DNA of 64,000 nt from Algivirga pacifica (GTDB lineage Bacteria; Bacteroidota; Bacteroidia; Cytophagales; Flammeovirgaceae): contig NZ_BAABJX010000017.1 of assembly GCF_039543525.1 (NCBI RefSeq), forward strand, positions 117,047 through 181,046, given 5' to 3'. Under the pieces are notes generated by a model. That model saw only the letters and a list, made by a program, of their open reading frames with translations. It searched no databases and was not told where the DNA came from. A program made the position numbers and the translations under genes. This document shows, piece by piece, positions 11,238 through 18,521 of this stretch; within the stretch, counting starts at the first letter, position 1; each line of letters opens with the position of its first letter.

Positions 11238-11282
11238 AAAAAATCCCGAACCATGTTTCGTACATGGTTCGGGATTTTTTAT
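11238..11282. terminator. Bidirectional rho-independent terminator
   Basis: 14-bp perfect stem ATCCCGAACCATGT/ACATGGTTCGGGAT with TTCG loop, flanked by A-run and T-run; lies between convergent genes. Confidence 0.75.
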
Positions 11283-11304
11283 ATTTCTTACTGTAGACGA
11301 GTAG

Positions 11305-12504
11305 CTACACGATATTCATACTTTTAAAAGTTTCTCCTAGAATTGTATTTGATGGGAATTCTAACCAGTTATCTAGTAGTTCGGCATAAACTCGTCGAAA
11401 ATCAATTTTATATTGAACATCCCCTTTTTCTAAGTTTTCTAAGTCAATAGAAGCGTTATAAATACCCGAGGATTTCAATTTACCACCTAGTAGAAATAAA
11501 CTTCCAGCAGCACCATGGTCAGTACCTTTACTACCATTTTCTTTGACTCTTCTACCAAATTCCGAAAATATCATCACACGGGTACTATTCCATAATCCTG
11601 ATCTTCGCAAATCCTTAACGAAGGATTGTATTCCGTGGTTAAGTTGTTTCAATAGACGTTCTTGTCGTGGAAGTTGGGAGTTATGTGTATCAAATCCGGA
11701 AACTTTTAAATAATAAATTTCTGTATTACATCCTGCAGTAATTAAGTCAGCGGTTTGTTTTAATTGTTTCCCTAAGTTGTCAGAGGGATATTCTTGATGT
11801 GAATGTTTTGTTTTCATTTTCTCCAGAATGTATTCTGAGGAGCTATAGGTATTAGCCAATACTTGATAAAGGTAATCAACCTGCGAATTAGTATGTTCTT
11901 GGTGATGCTGTATTTGTTGTAGGAAATGATCATTAGTTCCTCTGATTAATTTACCACTATTAATTCCGAAACCGGATCGCTTTTGCCCTTGTAATGCTAA
12001 TATGGAACCACCGCTTAAATCAATGGCTTGGTGTGAATATATGTTTTTATTCGTATTGCCTTGAAATTCATCTAAATATTTTCCTAACCAGCCTTCACTG
12101 CTAGATGCTGAGGAAATATTTGCGGTATGCCAGATGTCCATTGATCTAAAGTGAGAGCGGTTGGGATTAGGGTAACCTACTTGGTTAATGATATTCATTT
12201 CTCCTTTATCGAGTAGATCTTGAAAAAAGGAAAGAGAATAGTGTAACCCCAGTTGTTTGTTCAGTTTAAGAACTTTTTGTTCTGCTATAGCTAATGTTGG
12301 ACGGTGTTCATAATAAAGGGAATTATTATAAGGAATAACAGTATTGAGAGAATCATTACCTCCAGAGAGCTGAATAATGACTAATCTTCTATTATTTCCA
12401 TCTAGGTTTAAGGGGGAATAAGCTTGAAGAAATTGTGGTAGAAAAAAAGCCCCTACAGTAGTGATAGCCGACTTTTTTAAAAACTCTCTACGATCATTGT
12501 TCAT
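11305..12504 (-). CDS. DUF1501 family protein (Tat-secreted, sulfatase/phosphatase-like fold)
   Basis: Twin-arginine signal RREFLKKSAITTVGAFF; length and composition match DUF1501 partners of DUF1800. Confidence 0.75.
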   Translation of the reverse strand: MNNDRREFLKKSAITTVGAFFLPQFLQAYSPLNLDGNNRRLVIIQLSGGNDSLNTVIPYNNSLYYEHRPTLAIAEQKVLKLNKQLGLHYSLSFFQDLLDKGEMNIINQVGYPNPNRSHFRSMDIWHTANISSASSSEGWLGKYLDEFQGNTNKNIYSHQAIDLSGGSILALQGQKRSGFGINSGKLIRGTNDHFLQQIQHHQEHTNSQVDYLYQVLANTYSSSEYILEKMKTKHSHQEYPSDNLGKQLKQTADLITAGCNTEIYYLKVSGFDTHNSQLPRQERLLKQLNHGIQSFVKDLRRSGLWNSTRVMIFSEFGRRVKENGSKGTDHGAAGSLFLLGGKLKSSGIYNASIDLENLEKGDVQYKIDFRRVYAELLDNWLEFPSNTILGETFKSMNIV

Positions 12505-12542
12505 ATTAATATTTGTTTACATTCTTTAGGCGACATGTTCGT

Positions 12543-13925
12543 TTAGCATACTTGGTATTCAGGAAGCTTGCTGGCTTTCGATAAGAAGGATTTTAATTGC
12601 TGCTCATTAGTTATGTTTCTTCTTAGTAGTGGTATTGATGACGGATTGGGGTTTACTTGTAAGAGATAATTAAGTAAAATTTCATGACTGTCCTTTTTAT
12701 CGGTATTACCTGTTACATAGTTCATAAATTCGTCTAATTTTACCTCTATTCGCATCTTACCAGCCTCTTTTGTTTCTTGAAAAGGGTCGTTGTCATCTCC
12801 TATTTCTGGTGGCTCCAACGAAAGAGGGACTGCTTTTAATAAGGACTCTACCCATTTTAGTCGAAACATCAGTCGGTTATTATCAATCCAATAAGTTCCA
12901 CTTTTCCATCCGGCTACATTGGGAGGAGATAATAATATTTGGCCTAGTATCCTCTGAACATATATTTGTTTTTGGGGAGGAGAAATTTTCAAGTTAAGTT
13001 GACGCTGTGTTCCTACTATAAAAGTAATGGGAGATTTAATCTGAGTTCCTATGTTTTCATTTTCATAGAACCAATTAGATAGAAAAATAGCTTTTAGGAC
13101 AGGTAAGATTTCATAATTTTCTTGATACATCAACTTAGCGAGTATTTGTACTCTCTCTTCACGAATGTGTTCATTGACTAAGTAGCTATAAAGCTTTTTA
13201 CATATATAATAAGCCGTTTCCTTTTGCTTAAGAAGAAGTAGTAAGACATCTTCACCTTCAAGGGCATCAGTTACTCCCAAAACAGTTTTGACTCCGGTAT
13301 CATGTTTTTTACGATGCAGAAAAAACTGTCCCTCTTTGTTGATTTTCCACCCTGTAAAGCATCGTGCAGCTTCTTGTATATCTTTTTCTGTATAAACAGT
13401 ATCCCTCCCTAAGGTAAATAGTTCCATAACCTCCCGGGCAAAGTTTTCATTAGGAGACCCTTTTACATTCTGTATATTATTGAGATAAGTTAACATCGCA
13501 GGTGATTTAGAAACTTCGATAAGCATCGTTCCAAAATTACCTAAAGCATTTGCTCTGAGTATCTCTACATATTGTTGTGCAAAAAGAGGGTTTCTGGGAG
13601 CACAAGCAAAGTGATCATGCCAAAATAAAGCCATCTTCTCTCTTATGCCTACGCTATTGACCATATACTCTAGCCATTGTAAGTTGAGTTTTTGTATCGT
13701 TTTTCCACTTTTAATTCTTATATCTTTTTTGTTGGAGGTTTGTCTGATATTGAATGGAGTGAATTCGGAAAGATCCTTAAAAGGAAGCGGTTTGTAAAGA
13801 GAAGAGTTACTAATTAATTGATTGATAACTTGATTTTTTGATTGTTGTTGTAGTGTACTTACTAGGTTTAGAGGAATACCAAAGCTAGCACGCCAATAAA
13901 GGTGTTGGATATGTTGCTGTTCCAT
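12543..13925 (-). CDS. DUF1800 family protein
   Basis: 460 aa; conserved pairing immediately upstream of DUF1501 on the same strand. Confidence 0.7.
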   Translation of the reverse strand: MEQQHIQHLYWRASFGIPLNLVSTLQQQSKNQVINQLISNSSLYKPLPFKDLSEFTPFNIRQTSNKKDIRIKSGKTIQKLNLQWLEYMVNSVGIREKMALFWHDHFACAPRNPLFAQQYVEILRANALGNFGTMLIEVSKSPAMLTYLNNIQNVKGSPNENFAREVMELFTLGRDTVYTEKDIQEAARCFTGWKINKEGQFFLHRKKHDTGVKTVLGVTDALEGEDVLLLLLKQKETAYYICKKLYSYLVNEHIREERVQILAKLMYQENYEILPVLKAIFLSNWFYENENIGTQIKSPITFIVGTQRQLNLKISPPQKQIYVQRILGQILLSPPNVAGWKSGTYWIDNNRLMFRLKWVESLLKAVPLSLEPPEIGDDNDPFQETKEAGKMRIEVKLDEFMNYVTGNTDKKDSHEILLNYLLQVNPNPSSIPLLRRNITNEQQLKSFLSKASKLPEYQVC

Positions 13926-14136
13926 ATGCTTGTGATTTTAATTTATTGACAGTTACTTTAGAGACTATGACAATGGAATACAATTTAAGGGATAGGTAAA
14001 TAATGTTAAGTCCGAGTTGCAGATATTTTTAGGAAGTATACTTAGATGGTAGATAAGCTGTGTATTGAACTCATTTTAAATGATTTAATATATAGATTTT
14101 AGATGAATAATTATTTATGAATAATTTCAAGTACCT

Positions 14137-15627
14137 TTGTCAATTATTAAATATGTATTGAGATCGCTAATGAAAAGATTTTTTATTCCCATTTTTTTTC
14201 TACTGATAGCTCCATTTTTATTAAGTAAGGGTTTTTCACAACAGGATTCTATCCAAGTAAAGGTGTCTGCCCAAGCTGTGGTAGCTACAACCGGTTTTCT
14301 CCCACATTACATGATATTCAGTCAAGGAGGACGTTGGGCTGATCAACAAGCAAGTGCTCTTTGGGGGGCTGAAATGAATGGAGGTTATACGTTGGTCGAT
14401 GGAAAGTTGCCTTTAAAGGCTTCTTATGGAGTAGAAGGGCTACTGAATACCGCAAGTGGTCAAAGCATGCTTAGAAAAGCTTATGGAACCTTACAATGGG
14501 AAGATATCATCATTAAGGCAGGTTTGTTTGAGCATACTGTAGAGCAACATTCTGATTTATCCTCTGGATCTTTAGCGATCAGTAACAATGCTCGTCCAAT
14601 ACCGGGTATAGGAATTTATACGGATGACTTTATGGATGTTCCTTTTACTTATGGATTTTTTCAGGTGAAAGCTGGTTTGGGACATTTTTGGATGGGGCAA
14701 AATAGATATGTTCCAGGTACATTACTCCATGAGAAATATTTGATTGGTAGTGTCAATGGAGGGAAGTATGTGCCTGTGAAAGTATGGGGAGGTTTGGTGC
14801 ATTTTGGACAGTGGGGAGGTACCCATCCTCGTTTTGGAGAAGCTACAATCAATTTTGAAAATTACATTAGAATATTATTGGCTCAAAGTGCGAATATCAA
14901 TGATGAGTCAACTACGGGTAGCGATCAGGTTAATGCCTTGGGTAATCATTTGGGAATTTGGACTTGGGGTTTAGAAGCAGATTTAGTGAAAGATGTTAGT
15001 CTAGGCTTATCGATTCAAAAACCTTATGAGGATGGATCTGGACAAACGGATGCTGGGTTTAGACACTTTGATGGACTATATGGGATGGTTGTTAAGCAAA
15101 CAAGATGGAGCTATTTACCTTCCGAGTTTACATTTGAATATTTAAATACTACTGAGCAGTCGGGACCTACACATGATCTATCCCAAGGGCTTTATGGAGG
15201 TGATAACTATTACAATAATAGCTATTATCGATCGGGTTGGACCTATAATAACTTGATTTTAGGCTCTCCACTTATGACTACAAAAAAGAGAGAATCTCAA
15301 ATTACAGATGAGGAGGAGTTGAATGTTCAAAGCATTATTAATAATCGTGTAAAAGCCTTCCATATAGGCCTTAAAGGCTCTGTCAATAATCAACTAGTTT
15401 ATCAACTGTTGGCAACTCACTCTCAAAACTATGGTATCTACGAGAGCCTAGGCGGCCCCTACCGCTACGAATCCGGCAAGAACCAAAGCTACCTCTACCT
15501 CCAACTGGACTATCAACTCAAGAAGGACTGGAGTGTAAATGCCTCTATAGCCCATGACTTTGGAGAGATCTACCAAAGTACAGCACTTAGAGCTGGTATA
15601 GCCTGGACTGGCCTGTGGCGCTATTAA
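14137..15627 (+). CDS. Outer-membrane beta-barrel protein, possibly capsule-assembly Wzi-like
   Basis: Signal peptide, alternating amphipathic beta-strands, C-terminal aromatic (…WTGLWRY); ~490 aa size and proximity to glycan locus suggest Wzi. Confidence 0.4.
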   Translation: MSIIKYVLRSLMKRFFIPIFFLLIAPFLLSKGFSQQDSIQVKVSAQAVVATTGFLPHYMIFSQGGRWADQQASALWGAEMNGGYTLVDGKLPLKASYGVEGLLNTASGQSMLRKAYGTLQWEDIIIKAGLFEHTVEQHSDLSSGSLAISNNARPIPGIGIYTDDFMDVPFTYGFFQVKAGLGHFWMGQNRYVPGTLLHEKYLIGSVNGGKYVPVKVWGGLVHFGQWGGTHPRFGEATINFENYIRILLAQSANINDESTTGSDQVNALGNHLGIWTWGLEADLVKDVSLGLSIQKPYEDGSGQTDAGFRHFDGLYGMVVKQTRWSYLPSEFTFEYLNTTEQSGPTHDLSQGLYGGDNYYNNSYYRSGWTYNNLILGSPLMTTKKRESQITDEEELNVQSIINNRVKAFHIGLKGSVNNQLVYQLLATHSQNYGIYESLGGPYRYESGKNQSYLYLQLDYQLKKDWSVNASIAHDFGEIYQSTALRAGIAWTGLWRY

Positions 15628-15640
15628 TAGCTTTAAAGTA

Positions 15641-15675
15641 AGCCCTACCTCCCATCTCGGTAGGGCTTTTTTTGT
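15641..15675 (+). terminator. Rho-independent terminator
   Basis: AGCCCTACC…GGTAGGGCT stem followed by TTTTTTTG. Confidence 0.7.
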
Positions 15676-15697
15676 GAATTGTTCAGACCTATTATTT

Positions 15698-15895
15698 CTA
15701 CAGGAAGTAATAGGATTTTTTGCTTCTGGAAAAGCCTATGGGTTTCTTTATGGTTTCTTCCACTTCTTTGAAAATGGCGAATAATTCTCTAGTTGAGACA
15801 TTTAATTTCTCACCTAGTTCTTGAGGGGTGCCTGTACTTTGGCTTTCGATTAGGTGTTGAAGTAGGATAACTTTACTTTTTGCTGCTTTGGTCAT
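15698..15895 (-). CDS. Small stand-alone winged-HTH protein, subtype A
   Basis: 65 aa; conserved L..LI......TGTP..L..KLN.S.REL…KP.G.SR.KKSYYFL shared with four neighbouring paralogs; resembles HTH_11/DeoR-N type. Confidence 0.6.
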   Translation of the reverse strand: MTKAAKSKVILLQHLIESQSTGTPQELGEKLNVSTRELFAIFKEVEETIKKPIGFSRSKKSYYFL

Positions 15896-16076
15896 TCTTT
15901 ATTGATTTTAATGGTGGTTAATATTGTATGTTTAGGATTGATTATGTCGCTGTCTACGGAAAATGATCAGGCTCACCTGTTATGATTTATCGTTTATAAT
16001 CGATGCGACAGCGCTAAGCTTAATGACTATAGTGCGGGCTGATTTATCCGTAGACCTTTTTGGTGACATTTACTGC

Positions 16077-16277
16077 CTATAGGAAGTAGTAGGATTTCTT
16101 CGTTCTGGAATATCCTACAGGTTTACCTAGGTGTGTTTCCATCTCCTCGAAAATAAAACAGAGCTCTCGTAATGAGATGTTGAGCTTTTTTGCCAGTGTC
16201 TCAGGGGTACCTGTGTTCTGGTTTTGGATTAGATATTGTAGTTGATCAACATAGGTATTATTTGCTGCTGGTGTCAT
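16077..16277 (-). CDS. Small stand-alone winged-HTH protein, subtype A
   Basis: 66 aa paralog, ends KKSYYFL. Confidence 0.6.
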   Translation of the reverse strand: MTPAANNTYVDQLQYLIQNQNTGTPETLAKKLNISLRELCFIFEEMETHLGKPVGYSRTKKSYYFL

Positions 16278-16424
16278 GTTGTTTTGGGTTTAAATAGTGG
16301 TTGATAGAATGAGATAAATTGATGTAATCACGAGATATTTTATTTATCGGTTATTACTTATCGTTTAGGGTTAAAATAACTGTTTGATCCGATCCTCGAT
16401 CTTTCATGATTAGCTTATGGCGTT

Positions 16425-16661
16425 TTATTTATTGATGGGAATCGAAATGCTATCCCCTTCCTGAAAGAAATAGTAGGTTTGTCGAAATCGGGAATATCGT
16501 ATATCAGCCTGCATAGTGGATCTGATTTCAGAAATAAGTTGGAAAAGGTGTCGTGTGGAGATACCCATCTTTTCAGCACATTCCTGAGGGGTTCCACTGC
16601 TTTTGGTTCGAATAAGATAATCCAAGTGATTGATGCGATAAACGTATTTCGTCAGGGACAT
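16425..16661 (-). CDS. Small stand-alone winged-HTH protein, subtype B
   Basis: 78 aa; MSLTKYVYRINHLDYLIRTKSSGTPQE…YYFFQEGDSISIPINK; subtype with DIRY.R…TYYFF.EGDSI tail. Confidence 0.6.
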   Translation of the reverse strand: MSLTKYVYRINHLDYLIRTKSSGTPQECAEKMGISTRHLFQLISEIRSTMQADIRYSRFRQTYYFFQEGDSISIPINK

Positions 16662-16735
16662 TTGTTTTCTTTTTAAGGGTTCAAGTAAAGATTAATTGTT
16701 CTAAGTAGATCTATTATGGACTTTGTGTTACTTCT

Positions 16736-17005
16736 TTATAGGAAATAATAGGATCTCTTCTTTTTGGAATATCCAATGTTCGTCGTCCAAATAGCTTGAG
16801 CGTCTTGCATACGCTTGAATAACTCCCCTCCTGAGATATTGAGCTTTTTGGCAAACTCCGTAGGGCTACCGGTACATTGCTGTTGAATAAGTTGTTGCAT
16901 TTTGTTGACTACCTCTACATAGCTGGCAAGTGGCATAATATGTTTTTTAAAGGTTGGTGGATAAATATGGTTAGCTATTTCCAATACCCCTAAGGCTTGT
17001 TTCAT
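16736..17005 (-). CDS. Small stand-alone winged-HTH protein, subtype A
   Basis: 89-aa ORF (true start may be internal Met giving ~66 aa); ends KKRSYYFL; 4-bp start/stop overlap with upstream paralog. Confidence 0.55.
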   Translation of the reverse strand: MKQALGVLEIANHIYPPTFKKHIMPLASYVEVVNKMQQLIQQQCTGSPTEFAKKLNISGGELFKRMQDAQAIWTTNIGYSKKKRSYYFL

Positions 17006-17301
17006 TTTTGATTATCACTTAGCGGTGAAATAGTATTTTTAACGGGGAACTGCTTTTTCGGTTTTAGCTTCTCTACAGGAACTGCTATACTATCGCCCTC
17101 TCGAAAGAAGTAATAGGTTTTACCCTGACGGCAGTAGCGAATATCGGTGTTGAACGTAGACTGTACTTCTTCCAAAAATTCGTAGAGGTGGCGTTCAGAA
17201 ATTTGAACTTCTTGGGCAAAAGCCTTAGGAGGTCCCGTTCTCTTAGCTTTTAGTAGGCTGTCCATTCGGTTTAATCGTTCGATATAAGTCTCTAATGACA
17301 T
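17002..17301 (-). CDS. Small stand-alone winged-HTH protein, subtype B
   Basis: 99 aa; MSLETYIERLNRMDSLLKAKRTGPP…YYFFREGDSIAVPVEK; first gene of the array. Confidence 0.6.
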   Translation of the reverse strand: MSLETYIERLNRMDSLLKAKRTGPPKAFAQEVQISERHLYEFLEEVQSTFNTDIRYCRQGKTYYFFREGDSIAVPVEKLKPKKQFPVKNTISPLSDNQK

Positions 17302-18363
17302 AAGATAGCTGTTTAAGGATTTATAAAGTATTTGCGTTGAAAAGGCAGAAACGAAGGAGATAACAAGTTGTTGATCTGTGTTTTTAATGGTTAAGGTAAA
17401 TGATTAATTGTTATCAGTTGATCAACAATGCGCGTTGTTCTTCTTGTTGGCTATGTTATAAAACTATTCTTTGTTTAAGGTTATTTACAAATGCTTGTTC
17501 AGTATTTTCCTACAAGGAGAAAACAATTACCGTGAACAAAATGATGCTGTGGGATTTTTGTGATGATGTGAACTTGGAAATGCTGCTGACACAAATAGTG
17601 CAGTAAGGGTAAAGAATAAGGATGTTTGTGTAGTATTGAGATGTAAGAAAGCCCTAAGTAGTTATGCGTAAACATGGCAGGAAATGGGCTATCTCTAATG
17701 CTTTAATACGTGAAGAATATGATTATAATTTCCTTGTGATTTTACTGTTAAAGTACCCCTCCATTAATTCATTGTAGTATCTCAGATACTTTACAATAGA
17801 AATGTGAGTATAAAAGCACAGTATCAAGGAAGGTAATATTAGTCGTTTGAAGCCTTTTTGCTGAGGTATTTTTTGGAGTGAATAATATGTCGAAAAATAA
17901 GGTCTTCGATCATAGTATTTATGATGAATATAGAGAAGAGTATATAGTGAATGTACTTACAGCCATAGTTTATATAGACTAGTTGTTTACAGTGTTATGG
18001 ATTGATTTACCTTGATTTCAGAATTGATTACGTAAAATCTTACATATGAAATAAGGAAGTGCTCCACTTTTTTGAAGGATATTTTTGTGGCTGTCTTGGT
18101 CGTTCTTTTAGGATAGGGGGTATAGTACAAGAAAATCTTGTATTATTAGTACCTTTAGTTAAAAGGCAATAAGTGTTTTCTATATAGACATCGGACCGGA
18201 CTATAAAAATATCATTAGAGTTTATCACGGTTAGTTGTCTATAAGTAGGAAAAAGCGATGAACTGGTTCAAGAGTTCAAATTCCGAACGAGGTACGAGTA
18301 AGGAATTGCTCTTGGACCAAGCGGTTTACTACCTCGGTTAAGGTTTACCGTACTACTTTTGAA

Positions 18364-18509
18364 CTAGTGGACTAAACGTTAAATAAACTGTTAGTTTACT
18401 GCTGTTTAGCTCTAAGAGCGTTTCGCCTTGCTCGTGCCTCGCAGGCTACACTGAACTCTTAGAGCAGATGTCTTTTTTGTATAAGGAAACTTAGCAATTA
18501 GTCCACTAG
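18364..18509 (+). other. Candidate structured RNA element (nested long-range stems + T-run)
   Basis: 12-bp perfect inverted repeat CTAGTGGACTAA (18364-18375) / TTAGTCCACTAG (18498-18509) enclosing a 10-bp stem GCTCTAAGAG (18409-18418) / CTCTTAGAGC (18456-18465) followed by GATGTCTTTTTTG; lies in a 1.2-kb ORF-free region. Confidence 0.2.
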
Positions 18510-18521
18510 GGATGTAGATAT

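Noticed and set aside
15698-17301. HTH array as excisionase genes of an integrated mobile element
   Set aside because: No integrase, transposase, tRNA target or direct repeats flank the array, and the neighbouring genes are housekeeping (PBP1A) or glycan-related. Kept only as an alternative family assignment.
17400-17606. 68-aa Cys-rich small ORF (MINCYQLINNARCSSCWLCYK…) upstream of the HTH array
   Set aside because: No RBS-like context, low-complexity/AT-driven composition, lies in probable promoter region of the HTH array.
18262-18290. tRNA-like T-loop sequence GAGTTCAAATTCC
   Set aside because: No complementary T-stem, acceptor stem or anticodon arm could be assembled around it on either strand.
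18180-18520. tmRNA / RNase P / SRP RNA in the large non-coding region
   Set aside because: Could not find the RNase P P4 signature (AGGAAAGTCCGGGCTCC), a tmRNA tag-peptide reading frame ending in ALAA-stop, or an SRP GGAA tetraloop motif; only a generic nested-stem element was retained as a low-confidence candidate.
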